A stretch of 64,000 nucleotides of DNA from Bdellovibrionales bacterium. GTDB taxonomy: Bacteria > Bdellovibrionota > Bdellovibrionia > Bdellovibrionales > UBA1609. The notes below the pieces were generated by a model. The model was not told the DNA's origin and did no database searches. It saw nothing but the letters and a program-made list of their open reading frames with translations. A program made the position numbers and the translations under genes. Positions within the stretch are counted from its first letter, which is position 1. Every line of letters starts with the position of its first letter. Shown piece after piece: positions 28,909 to 38,730 of the stretch. The stretch is from assembly GCA_965200875.1 (NCBI GenBank), contig OZ241456.1:928001-992000 (forward strand), written 5' to 3'.

Positions 28909-30162
28909 ATGTCACACAAAGAAATAAAAAAACAGAATCCAATGCTAGGTTTTATGATTTTTATTTGTATTTTCTTTTTCATAGGTTGTGGGGAAACACA
29001 AGTCAATCTGGAAGAGACAGCAACAGCTGTTCCGGTTTTTGTTCCACAAATGGATCCAAAAGAAAAAGAGGAAATTGTCACTAACCCGTTGTTTGAAGCA
29101 GTTGTGGAAGGTAAAATAGCAGATATTGATAACATTGTTTCTAATGTGGGAGTATCTGTTCTGTCTGTAAACAAAAGAGGTGACACCCCTTTGGGCACAG
29201 CCATCCAGCTTAAGTTAAAAGAAAAAGCTTTGTTCCTGTTGGAAAAATTTCAGTGTCAGGACTTATCTTACCAGAATGAAAAAGGCGAAAGTTATATTTA
29301 TCTGGCCGCAAAGAGTGGTTACGAAGAGCTTATCCATCGCATAGCGGGAAAATGTTATGAAAATGATTTTTTTGACATTTCTGACTATGAATTTTCTGAC
29401 CTGGATCCAGAGACCACAACTGGAGAGATTGCTATTCATGTGGCTCTAAATGGTTCTGTCGCGAGTGCTTTGGATTATGAATACACAAAAGGTTCTATGG
29501 AATATTCTTGGTGGGTTTTTCATAAAGTCAATAATCAGGAGGAAAGTTTTTTACATACAGCCGTAAAAGAAGGCAGAACCAACACTGTGGATTGGGCTGT
29601 ACGCACTTACTGTCATGAGGGAGAATGGGAAAAATCAGATAGCGGATGGAAAAGCATCCCTGTCTCTGTATTTCAAAAATTTTGGAATGGATTACAGACT
29701 TTTACTTGGAACATGAATCAGCTGATAAATTACCGGGACATAAAAGGCAACACAGCTTTACACTTAGCCAGTAAAAACCTTGATGAGCAAAACATCCGGC
29801 TGTTATCAACTTGCCGATGGATGGATTTTTTGATAGAAAACAAAGAAGGCAATATTGCTTTGCAGGTTTTTTTACAGTCTCTTGATCCCCTGTTGAAAGA
29901 TCACAGTCAAAACATAAAAGACACTTTTATGTTTTTAACTCATAGAGAAACTTCTTTAAAAAAATGGTTCACAAATATATCCGGTACAGTGGATCATCAA
30001 AATAAAAAAGGCGATTCTGCATTTCATATATCAGCTCGCCTAGCAGATCCTTTTTTTTACAATTATCTTAAACAGTTTGCTGATTTATATTTAAAAAACA
30101 AATCTGATGAAACTCCAGCTACAATTTTTAATGTCACTCAAAGCAGGATTAATCATCTCTAA
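28909..30162 (+). CDS. Ankyrin-repeat lipoprotein
   Basis: Lipobox FFIGC; GDTPLGTAI, GESYIYLAAKSG, SFLHTAVKEG, GNTALHLAS and GDSAFHISA repeats; AAGGAG RBS upstream. Confidence 0.85.
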   Translation: MSHKEIKKQNPMLGFMIFICIFFFIGCGETQVNLEETATAVPVFVPQMDPKEKEEIVTNPLFEAVVEGKIADIDNIVSNVGVSVLSVNKRGDTPLGTAIQLKLKEKALFLLEKFQCQDLSYQNEKGESYIYLAAKSGYEELIHRIAGKCYENDFFDISDYEFSDLDPETTTGEIAIHVALNGSVASALDYEYTKGSMEYSWWVFHKVNNQEESFLHTAVKEGRTNTVDWAVRTYCHEGEWEKSDSGWKSIPVSVFQKFWNGLQTFTWNMNQLINYRDIKGNTALHLASKNLDEQNIRLLSTCRWMDFLIENKEGNIALQVFLQSLDPLLKDHSQNIKDTFMFLTHRETSLKKWFTNISGTVDHQNKKGDSAFHISARLADPFFYNYLKQFADLYLKNKSDETPATIFNVTQSRINHL

Positions 30163-30208
30163 AATGAAGTGACTTGGTTCTTTAGTAACCAAGGCAGAAA
30201 GAGCGGAA

Positions 30209-30844
30209 ATGATAAATCAAAGAAAGATGAGAATATTTTTTATTTTTTTGTTGTTTTGTGGCTGTTCCCCTGTAGTCCAAAATCAAGCCATACCGGTTAT
30301 TTTAGACAAAGATACAATATCCCTGACTGAGGATAAAAAAATATTACAGGGATCGGGAAGAGTGTTGTTTAACCAACCTCTGTTTGATTTATTTTCAAAA
30401 GAACTCTATTTCATTAAAGCAGAGATGTTTAATGAAAGTTCCTCTTTTGTTTTACACAGTCACTTTACCGGTTTTACACAAGCGGACGGAATTAAAATTT
30501 TTTTCAGCAGGGATAAAAACAGTTTAACCATACAAATATCCACTCCAAACTATTCATTTCAACATTTGTACACAGATGAAAAATACTTTATTCAAAATCA
30601 AACCTTACAAATATATACAGAGGCATATAATAGATCAAAAAATCTCATTGGCATTAAAGTGTGGAGAACTGATATAAACCCCACTGGGTATCTGAAACAA
30701 TCCATCTCTTTTCTCTCTAGACAAAATCTGCTCGCTGATTCCCAGGAATTGATTTTTTATTCCAGAGGACAGGGCATGTTATGGGGTGTGGAATTAAATA
30801 AAGTGCGTTTGATTAAAATTTTTCGGGAGTCTTTAAATCAATGA
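30209..30844 (+). CDS. Hypothetical lipoprotein
   Basis: MRIFFIFLLFCGC lipobox; beta-rich composition. Confidence 0.6.
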   Translation: MINQRKMRIFFIFLLFCGCSPVVQNQAIPVILDKDTISLTEDKKILQGSGRVLFNQPLFDLFSKELYFIKAEMFNESSSFVLHSHFTGFTQADGIKIFFSRDKNSLTIQISTPNYSFQHLYTDEKYFIQNQTLQIYTEAYNRSKNLIGIKVWRTDINPTGYLKQSISFLSRQNLLADSQELIFYSRGQGMLWGVELNKVRLIKIFRESLNQ

Positions 30845-31938
30845 TATACTTGGTTGCTTTCAGCTCAATAATCACAATATTGTGCTCTCTCTCTTTGATA
30901 ATACATTTCCCTGTGTGGTCAGTTCAAAATCCACTTAGGTTAAAATCTGGTTTAGTTGTAACTTTCGTTTTTATATTTGTCCAATTTCAGGTTGTTGCTA
31001 AACAGGAAAAAGAAAAACATTTATTTTCCATTCAATTAAGTGGTGAGGTGAGGCTCTCTCAAAATCAAATATCCAAAACCCAAACAGGTCTTTATCCTTA
31101 TATACCTTATACAGAACTGGAGTTTCATTATTCAAAAAATGAAAACTTGGATCTTTTAATAAATTTTGAAGTGGAGTCTCAAAATGAAGATTGGTCTATA
31201 AGTGTGGATGAGTTTAGTTTTTCGTACAGTTTTAAAGATATTCCTGTTAATGTAAAAGCAGGTTGGCTTCCTGTTCCATTAGGTTACATGGATGTAAATA
31301 CCAATGTGTTTTCCAGAGATCTGTCTTTTTATGATAGCATTTCCCATAGCCGTGAAGATATTGGCATAACGGTTGGTATAAATCTTTTACAGTCTGCTTT
31401 GAGTTTTCAAGTGGATCGCCTTGGAGGCTGGAGTTACAGGGAGTGGGATAACTCTTATAATCAGCCTGAATCTGCTCCTGTTGCAGTGAGTTTGAAAAGC
31501 CAGGGATCTTTTTGGGATTTTTTTATCAGCTGGTTTGAAGAGGACTTGGCTTTTTTTGATCCTGTTCAGGCTATAGGAGCGGGGGTGAATTTAAAAACTT
31601 CCCATAAAAAATTAGCAGTATCTATTCAATCCGAATTTTGGTGGATTACACAGGAGAGACAAACTGCCTTTGCCTATTATGTGTTTCCCAGTATTGCCAT
31701 TGATAAGATAAAAGTGGGGATGGTTTTTGAAAGTGTGAATTATTTTTCTCCTGATTTAAAAAAAGCTCAGGCAACCTCCTCTGTTTATGAAAGAATATTC
31801 CAAGTTTCCTATCAAATTCATCCTGACATAACTCTTATAGGAGAACGGTTTATCAGCACGCAGAAAAAAGGCCCTTTATTGAATGATTTGTGGTCAGCAC
31901 GGGTAAAAGTAAATTTTGGCTGGTCAAATTCCGACTAA
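30841..31938 (+). CDS. Putative outer-membrane beta-barrel/porin-like protein
   Basis: Many alternating aromatic strands, VKAGWLPVPLG motif and C-terminal ARVKVNFGW. Confidence 0.55.
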   Translation: MIYLVAFSSIITILCSLSLIIHFPVWSVQNPLRLKSGLVVTFVFIFVQFQVVAKQEKEKHLFSIQLSGEVRLSQNQISKTQTGLYPYIPYTELEFHYSKNENLDLLINFEVESQNEDWSISVDEFSFSYSFKDIPVNVKAGWLPVPLGYMDVNTNVFSRDLSFYDSISHSREDIGITVGINLLQSALSFQVDRLGGWSYREWDNSYNQPESAPVAVSLKSQGSFWDFFISWFEEDLAFFDPVQAIGAGVNLKTSHKKLAVSIQSEFWWITQERQTAFAYYVFPSIAIDKIKVGMVFESVNYFSPDLKKAQATSSVYERIFQVSYQIHPDITLIGERFISTQKKGPLLNDLWSARVKVNFGWSNSD

Positions 31939-32120
31939 GAAGGAATTTCTTTATGACTAAAGCCGTGGTTCTTTATCTAAGTCAAACGACCTCATAGATA
32001 TATTCAAATAAATATTTTAAACTTTTTAAATTAAATTACAGATTTTACTTGAATACAGCAGAGAATTTTTTTATCCAGAAAGTCCTCAGTCGCACTCCAT
32101 AAACGAAACATATAAAAAAG

Positions 32121-32951
32121 GTGAGTCAGCCAATGTTTGAATTTACTTACGACAAAAACAGGAGGCAGGTTTGTCCTTTGTCTGGAGGCAAAGACTCAAC
32201 AGCTATGGCTATTTTTTTGAAAAACAGAGTGCCTGATTTGGAATATGTTTTTTGTGATACAGGCAGTGAATTGCCAGAAACCTATCAATACTTAGACAAA
32301 TTGGAAGCTTTTTTAAGCCAAAAAATTATTCGGCTGAACAGTGAAAAAAACTTCGATTATTTATTAAAACAGCATTCGGATTATTTGCCTTCTCCGCGGG
32401 CCAGATGGTGCACAATGGAGATGAAAATCAAGTCTTTTGAAAGATATATCGGGGAGGATTTGATAGAAAGCTATATCGGAATCCGTGCGGATGAATTAAG
32501 GCAAGGTTATATTTCCAAAAAAGAGACTATTTTACCCCGTTATCCTTTTAAAGAAGAGGGAATTGATCTTGACGGGGTTAATCAAATTCTGGAAGAATCA
32601 GGTATTGGCCTTCCAAAATATTACGAGTGGCGGGTGCGTTCTGGCTGTTACTTTTGCTTTTTTCAGAGAAAAATTGAATGGGTGGGTTTGTTGGAAAAAC
32701 ACCCTGAGTTATTTAAAAAAGCCAAGTGGTACGAGCAACAAAACTACAAAGGGGATGGTGTTCCGTTTACATGGGTGGATGGTATGCCTTTGGAAGAGGT
32801 GGAAAAAAACAAAGAAAAAATTAAAGCTGACTATCAAAAAAGAATGGAAAAAGCAAAATTGAGTCAAAAAGGCAAACACATTACAGATGTTTTTAAAGAT
32901 GTCGTAAACGAAGACGATCAAGAAGATGCCTGCTTAATCTGCGATTTATAA
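32121..32951 (+). CDS. PAPS-reductase-family protein, SspD/DndC-like
   Basis: PP-loop SGGKDS, FCDTGSELPETY, RWCT..MKI, GIRADE, RSGCYFCFFQ and C-terminal ACLIC Cys pair. Confidence 0.85.
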   Translation: MSQPMFEFTYDKNRRQVCPLSGGKDSTAMAIFLKNRVPDLEYVFCDTGSELPETYQYLDKLEAFLSQKIIRLNSEKNFDYLLKQHSDYLPSPRARWCTMEMKIKSFERYIGEDLIESYIGIRADELRQGYISKKETILPRYPFKEEGIDLDGVNQILEESGIGLPKYYEWRVRSGCYFCFFQRKIEWVGLLEKHPELFKKAKWYEQQNYKGDGVPFTWVDGMPLEEVEKNKEKIKADYQKRMEKAKLSQKGKHITDVFKDVVNEDDQEDACLICDL

Positions 32952-32970
32952 AATAAAAGGAAATAGGAAA

Positions 32971-33852
32971 ATGCAACTACAGTTTTTTGAAAAACCACTT
33001 AAAAAAAAGATTGTTAATGTTGCGACAGTGCCTCATCGCAGTCCTTTCAGGTATCCAGGGGGTAAAACATGGTTTGTTCCTTTTTTCAGACAATGGATGA
33101 AAAGCAAAAAACAACAACCAGCCTTACTAATAGAACCTTTTACAGGAGGGGGTATAATAGGGCTTACAGCCGCTTTTGAAGATTTGGCTGATCACATTCT
33201 CTTAGTGGAAAAAGACGAAAATGTGGCTTCTGTTTGGAAAGTCTTGCTTGAAAAAAACTATCAAAAATTAATAAATGAAATTTTAAATTTTGAATTGACA
33301 CTTGAGAATGTAACAAAAACTCTAAAACTAAAACCCAAGTCCCTTTATCAACAGGCATTACAAACAATTATCCGAAACAGAGTCAGTTATGGTGGTATTA
33401 TGGCTCATGGTTCTGGTTTAACAAAAAATGGAGAAAATGGCAGAGGGCTTTCTTCCAGATGGTATCCGGCCACTTTATCTAAAAGAATGAAAGATATTGC
33501 TTATATAAAAAGAAAGATCTGTTTTGTTCAAGGGTGTGGGTTGGAGATCATTCAAAAGCACAAGAATACAAAAGAGAATTGTTTTTTTGTTGATCCTCCT
33601 TATACAGCTTTTGGAAAACAAGCAGGGAAGAGGTTATACAAGTATCATAATATTGACCATGAGTATCTTTTTAAACTTTTTCGCAACAGTCCTGCTGATT
33701 TTTTATTTACTTATGATATAAATAAAGAGATTTTAAAATTGGCAAAACATTTTAACTTTCAAACGGCTGTAGTCCCAATGAAAAACACTCATAATAAAAA
33801 AATGAAAGAATTAATTATAGGAAAAAATTTATCATGGCTATCAAGCAAATAA
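32971..33852 (+). CDS. Dam/D12-class N6-adenine DNA methyltransferase
   Basis: SPFRYPGGKT, IEPFTGGG (SAM binding) and FVDPPY (catalytic). Confidence 0.92.
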   Translation: MQLQFFEKPLKKKIVNVATVPHRSPFRYPGGKTWFVPFFRQWMKSKKQQPALLIEPFTGGGIIGLTAAFEDLADHILLVEKDENVASVWKVLLEKNYQKLINEILNFELTLENVTKTLKLKPKSLYQQALQTIIRNRVSYGGIMAHGSGLTKNGENGRGLSSRWYPATLSKRMKDIAYIKRKICFVQGCGLEIIQKHKNTKENCFFVDPPYTAFGKQAGKRLYKYHNIDHEYLFKLFRNSPADFLFTYDINKEILKLAKHFNFQTAVVPMKNTHNKKMKELIIGKNLSWLSSK

Positions 33853-35754
33853 ATGGGGTTTATAATGTCTGAATCAAAATTAAAAGTACAGGTTTTAGAA
33901 GGAGCTGACAATAAACTGGATCTTGCAAAACTGGAAGATGTTTTAAAGAGAAAGCTTATAATCCCTTCTTACCAAAGGCCATACGCATGGGAATCAGAAG
34001 ATATAGGGGAGATTTTTCAAACAATTTCAAACTCACAGGAAAACTATGAAGATATATGTTTTTTTGGATCAATAATTTTATCTAAAAAAAGTAATGGTAA
34101 TGGTTTTGGTCAAGAAAAGTATTATATTATTGATGGACAGCAAAGGCTTTCTTCATTTCTACTTATTTTAAGAATTTTTTTAAATCAGTTAGATGAGCTT
34201 TTAAAAAAATTACAAGATTCTATAGAAAATGGAACAGAACAGCAAATAGAGAAAAAACTGAAACTAAAAAACAAAAGAAGCAAACTATTAAACATAATTC
34301 AAACTGTAGACTTAGACAGAGAAAGCTCTGTCATTGAAAATGAAAAATCAATACTTAATTTTATAAAAAATGGAAGAGATTCTGATAAACTTCCAAAACA
34401 TCTAAGTAAAAAAATAGCCATAATATATAATCTCTCTCCAATTCGTCATGAAAATGATTTATTTGACTCAAATTATATAGAATATATTGATGAACTTTTA
34501 AAGTTTTTGGATATTATTTTAAATAAAGTTAAATTTTGTTTGATTTGTATTACAGGAAAACACTCAGAAGATTTTGCTATTAACCTGTTTAATACATTAA
34601 ACACAACAGGGCAACCTCTTACTGCCTTTGAAGTTTTGAAATCAGAGTTGCATACGATTGAGCAAGATTTATCAAAAAAAATTAATGATATACAATCAAA
34701 AATTATAAAACAATATATATTTCAAAGGAAAAAAATTATTACTCATACTGGGAAATTATTGCTTTATTTGCCACTTTATAGAGGAGATTTTACAGAAAAC
34801 GGTTATACTTTGTCTGATAAAAAATTTAAAGATCAAAGAGGATATTTAAAAGAAGTTTTAAAAAACAAAGATGTTGAGTCAGCGCAATCCATAGTTAATG
34901 ATATAGAAATCATTGATGATTTTTATTCAAAATATTGGTTAAAACCAGATTCATTTCCACAATTATTTCAAGAACATGATGAACAGATTTGTTTTCAATT
35001 TTTATCAGAGTTGAAACATGATCGTGTCTTACCAATATTAATTCGCTTTTATAAAGAAAATCAAAAATTATTGGGAAAATGTGTAAAAACCTGCACAGCT
35101 TTTTCTGTTTTATGGAGAGCCTTTTGTGACGGAGGGACTTCCGGCATTGATAAAGCCTATAAAGAAATTTCTTTAAAACTAAAAAATTATGAAATACAAG
35201 AGTTAAATACACAATTAAAAATTTTATTTTTCAATAAAATTGAATCACAAAATATTCAAAAAATAAAAAGCAGTTGGACACAAAAACTTAAAACCAGTAC
35301 TATTTATAAAAATCAAAAGTTGTCAAAACTTTTACTTTTTTTAGCTTACAATCAAAGAGATTTTGATCCTGCTCAGAAATTATTAAGATCAGGTAAAGGA
35401 ATTAATATTTTAACTCTTTATCACTGGAAAGATCAAGATTATAAAACCATAGAGCATATCATTCCAAAATCTGACAGATCAATTATAGGTCACACACACA
35501 CTTTAGGCAATCTTACTCTTCTTCCCCAAGTATTAAATTCTTCTTTAGGAAATAAACCCTTTTCAGATAAACTCAAACAGTATAAAATTTTTACTCAAAC
35601 AGAGAATAAAGATAAATATCCTTATCTCCCTATTATCGCACATATTGCCCACTATAATCAATTTGAAAAGAAAGAAATAGAAAGTCGCTCTGAAGTACTT
35701 GCTGAATTTATTTGGAAAACATTGGCTGAAGATTGGTTGGGCTGGGAAAAATGA
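33853..35754 (+). CDS. DUF262 + DUF1524/HNH protein (SspE/GmrSD-like modification-sensing nuclease)
   Basis: IPSYQRPYAW, IIDGQQRL and FNTLNTTGQPL (DUF262); TIEHIIP...LGNLTLL...NSSLGNK (HNH). Confidence 0.88.
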   Translation: MGFIMSESKLKVQVLEGADNKLDLAKLEDVLKRKLIIPSYQRPYAWESEDIGEIFQTISNSQENYEDICFFGSIILSKKSNGNGFGQEKYYIIDGQQRLSSFLLILRIFLNQLDELLKKLQDSIENGTEQQIEKKLKLKNKRSKLLNIIQTVDLDRESSVIENEKSILNFIKNGRDSDKLPKHLSKKIAIIYNLSPIRHENDLFDSNYIEYIDELLKFLDIILNKVKFCLICITGKHSEDFAINLFNTLNTTGQPLTAFEVLKSELHTIEQDLSKKINDIQSKIIKQYIFQRKKIITHTGKLLLYLPLYRGDFTENGYTLSDKKFKDQRGYLKEVLKNKDVESAQSIVNDIEIIDDFYSKYWLKPDSFPQLFQEHDEQICFQFLSELKHDRVLPILIRFYKENQKLLGKCVKTCTAFSVLWRAFCDGGTSGIDKAYKEISLKLKNYEIQELNTQLKILFFNKIESQNIQKIKSSWTQKLKTSTIYKNQKLSKLLLFLAYNQRDFDPAQKLLRSGKGINILTLYHWKDQDYKTIEHIIPKSDRSIIGHTHTLGNLTLLPQVLNSSLGNKPFSDKLKQYKIFTQTENKDKYPYLPIIAHIAHYNQFEKKEIESRSEVLAEFIWKTLAEDWLGWEK

Positions 35755-35832
35755 TTTGTTTAAATTGATATGGTGTGATTGGAAGAAATATCAACTATAA
35801 CAAAAAAGGAGATGGAGATGGAAAGGACGACA

Positions 35833-36006
35833 AGTGTAAAAACTTTCGATTATTTATTAAAACAGTATTCGGATTATTTACCTTCTCCGTGGGCCAGGTT
35901 GTGTACAATGGAGATGAAAATCAAGTCTTTTGAAAGATATAAAAGATGTTGTAAATGATGACGATCAGGAAGATGCCTGCTTAATCTGTGATTTATAAAA
36001 TAAAAG
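35833..36006 (+). pseudogene. Internally deleted second copy of the PAPS-reductase gene
   Basis: 35833-35940 matches 32340-32447 and 35941-36006 matches about 32895-32959 (3' end, stop and downstream spacer), with scattered substitutions. Confidence 0.85.
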
Positions 36007-36019
36007 AAAGGAAAAGACA

Positions 36020-38119
36020 ATGGAATCTAAAGAAAAAATAATAAAGACAATAATAGATGATATAAGTAGTGGTAATTTGTTACTGCCTCATTTTCAAAGA
36101 GACTTTGATTGGAAACCAGATAAGCAAAAAGATTTAATAGCTTCTTTTTTATATAATATCCCTATTGGCAGTATATTGCTTTTACAAACAAATACTGCAA
36201 CAGATATGACTACAAAAAAGATTGGATATAAAGAACCTGAGAACCAAAAAAACAGCAATCAGCCACCAAAGTCTTATTTGATGGATGGTCAACAGAGATT
36301 AACCACTTTAAAAAGTGTGTTTGATGACTTCTTTAAAGAATCTGAAGACAATGAAATATTTAATAAGCTATATCACAACTTGAAGTACAGATGGTTTTTA
36401 AAATTAAATATTTTTAGCCAAGGTGATATGATTGAAGAGTCACATTTAAGAATTATTTTAGATCTTATCTATAAGAGGGAAATATCTGATGATAGAAGTG
36501 TTTCAGATGTAAAAGACTTGATCAGTCAACTACAAATTCATAAATCTAGACCAGAAAAACCTTATCATCCTGAAGCTTTACGGAAAAATAAATCGGATTT
36601 TAGAAATTTTCTGGAGAAAAATCAATTTCTAGGTTTATTTTTACTTTTACCTACAACAAAGACAGGTTCTTTATCTCGAGAATATACAGATCTTCTGAAA
36701 GATCCAACACAAAAAATATTTGAAGAAGAGTGGTTAAAGAAACTTCAAGGTGATACTAAAATACAATTTATAAAAATTTTAAAAGAATATGAAAAAGAAG
36801 AATTAGATTTCAATAACTCAGATCAAATAAAACGCATATCTAGACAGTGGGCAGACGACTTATATGACGCTTTAAGACATTTATTCACTGAAAGTAGAAA
36901 ACTTTTTACTGTAAGTTATGGAGACAGTTTTTCCAAAGCGGTTGAAGCCTTTACAGCTATGAATAAAGGAGGACTACCTTTAAGCACATTTGATATTATC
37001 GTAGCTAAATATTCAGCTTTACAGGATAGCAAACCATTGAAAGAACGTATAATAGAAAAATTTAAAGAATTTTGTAAAGAACATACAGAGTTATTACCAA
37101 AAATTGAATGTGAGAAAATATTTAATCATTTTCCAAAGGATCAAAGCTCTGAAACACAAAAGTTTTATAACCAATATCTAAATATGCTAAGCATTCTTTC
37201 TTCTAAAAATAATAATGAATCAAATAATTTACAATCAGATCACATTAAAGAAAAAAAGAAACTATCTTTAACAAAGAAGGAGATTAATGAATATACTGAT
37301 GAGTCAATTCATGCCATTGCTTTGGCTTTTAGGTTTTTATCTGGATATTGTGGGGTGTCAAGAATAACTGATATTTCTTATCAATTAATGATTCTTCCAA
37401 TAGCAAAAAGTTTATATGATAAAACCTCCTCTCAGTCTCTAATATCTAAAAATATTTACAAAATATTGCATTGGTATTGGAGTGCGATTTTTAGTGGGCG
37501 GTATAGAGAAAAACAAAATAGCCGAGCAATAGAAGATATAAAAAATCTAAAAAAAATTTTAGATAATGAGTCATCAAATGTAAGTAGTAAAAAAGTTTTT
37601 TCCGATACAGGCTATAGTGATTTAGAATCACTAAAAAATAATGATACCCCTGCACTAAAGAATCCGATTATGCAATTTATTTTCATAAATAAAATTCTGA
37701 ATGAGAATTGTAAAAACCCAGAAGATGTTATTTCTAAATTGGAAAAAGGAGATTTTGAGATATCTCATTTAATTTCATTGGATGATTATAATAAAAAAAC
37801 AACCCAACAAATCAAAAGAAATTCTCCTCACTATATTAATTCTGTGCTTAATTTGTCTTTATTGTCAAAAGACATAAACCGTTTTGATCGTAGTAAAAGC
37901 TGGTATGAATGGAATCAAGATAAATTAAAAAAAGAAAATATTTTAATACCAGAAAAAATTAATAGACAGAATTGGGATGAATTTAGCAAGTCTGCTAAAA
38001 ATGCTGATTATGATCAATGGGAGAAGTTATGTGAAAGTTTTTTAGAATGTAGATTTAAAGAAATAAAAAAAACAGTAGAAAACAGATTAGAAGCTCTTAA
38101 ACAAAGCTGGAAAAAATGA
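36020..38119 (+). CDS. Second DUF262-domain (GmrSD-like) protein with degenerate HNH-like C-terminus
   Basis: LPHFQRDFDW, PIGSILLL, MDGQQRLTTL, FTAMNKGGLPL; C-terminal EISHLISL...NSVLNLSLLSKDINR. Confidence 0.85.
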   Translation: MESKEKIIKTIIDDISSGNLLLPHFQRDFDWKPDKQKDLIASFLYNIPIGSILLLQTNTATDMTTKKIGYKEPENQKNSNQPPKSYLMDGQQRLTTLKSVFDDFFKESEDNEIFNKLYHNLKYRWFLKLNIFSQGDMIEESHLRIILDLIYKREISDDRSVSDVKDLISQLQIHKSRPEKPYHPEALRKNKSDFRNFLEKNQFLGLFLLLPTTKTGSLSREYTDLLKDPTQKIFEEEWLKKLQGDTKIQFIKILKEYEKEELDFNNSDQIKRISRQWADDLYDALRHLFTESRKLFTVSYGDSFSKAVEAFTAMNKGGLPLSTFDIIVAKYSALQDSKPLKERIIEKFKEFCKEHTELLPKIECEKIFNHFPKDQSSETQKFYNQYLNMLSILSSKNNNESNNLQSDHIKEKKKLSLTKKEINEYTDESIHAIALAFRFLSGYCGVSRITDISYQLMILPIAKSLYDKTSSQSLISKNIYKILHWYWSAIFSGRYREKQNSRAIEDIKNLKKILDNESSNVSSKKVFSDTGYSDLESLKNNDTPALKNPIMQFIFINKILNENCKNPEDVISKLEKGDFEISHLISLDDYNKKTTQQIKRNSPHYINSVLNLSLLSKDINRFDRSKSWYEWNQDKLKKENILIPEKINRQNWDEFSKSAKNADYDQWEKLCESFLECRFKEIKKTVENRLEALKQSWKK

Positions 38120-38141
38120 TTTGTTTAAATTGATATGGTGT

Positions 38142-38260
38142 GACTGATGGAACAATATGTTGTTGATTTGGATTTCCGCTTTCGCGAGAATGATAATCCT
38201 TTGGGGATAGAGTGATAAGAGGCGAATATTTGAAACACAAAGATTTTTCAGGGATAACTA
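38142..38260 (+). mobile_element. Degenerate copy of the MITE-like element
   Basis: TATGTTGTTGATTTGGATTTCCGCTTTCGCGAGAATGA core and TTGAAACACAAAGATTTTTCAGGGATAACTA right end parallel the 49215 and 50632 copies. Confidence 0.55.
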
Positions 38261-38290
38261 AAATATATAAACTATAACAAAAAAAAGGAG

Positions 38291-38725
38291 GTGGAGATGG
38301 AAGGGGTGGCTGTTACTAGGATTAAAGATCAGAATTTTCAAATACTAAGTTGTTACCAGATTGCAGACTATAAAGAAGATGATAAAGTGTTTTTTAACAA
38401 ACAGCATTTAAAGGAACTACTAATGCCTCTTAAGGAAATAGAAGGAGGTCGCATTGTTATTAAAAAAGTGGAAGAGCAGGCAAAAGATTTTTTGTTAAAA
38501 AATTTAGAGAAAGCGCGCAAGATTGTGCTATGGCACTTTAAAAGTCAGCGAGAAACAGCATACAGTATAGCTTTTCACAAAGTGAAGGGTGTAATATTTG
38601 CCTTTCTTTTGACTCCTATCACCACCGCTGAATTAAAAGAAATAGAAAGCCGGGCGGAAGGAGTAAGCTATTTAACAGGAGATAAAGCTGACCTATCTAA
38701 GACCAAAAAAGATTTTATTCAGTAA
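38291..38725 (+). CDS. Hypothetical protein
   Basis: 144 aa ORF with AAGGAGG RBS; no recognised motif. Confidence 0.6.
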   Translation: MEMEGVAVTRIKDQNFQILSCYQIADYKEDDKVFFNKQHLKELLMPLKEIEGGRIVIKKVEEQAKDFLLKNLEKARKIVLWHFKSQRETAYSIAFHKVKGVIFAFLLTPITTAELKEIESRAEGVSYLTGDKADLSKTKKDFIQ

Positions 38726-38730
38726 TGGTA

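Noticed and set aside
32121..32951. Housekeeping cysH (sulfate assimilation)
   Set aside because: No cys genes nearby, no ECGLH-type C-terminus, and the neighbours are DNA modification/restriction genes.
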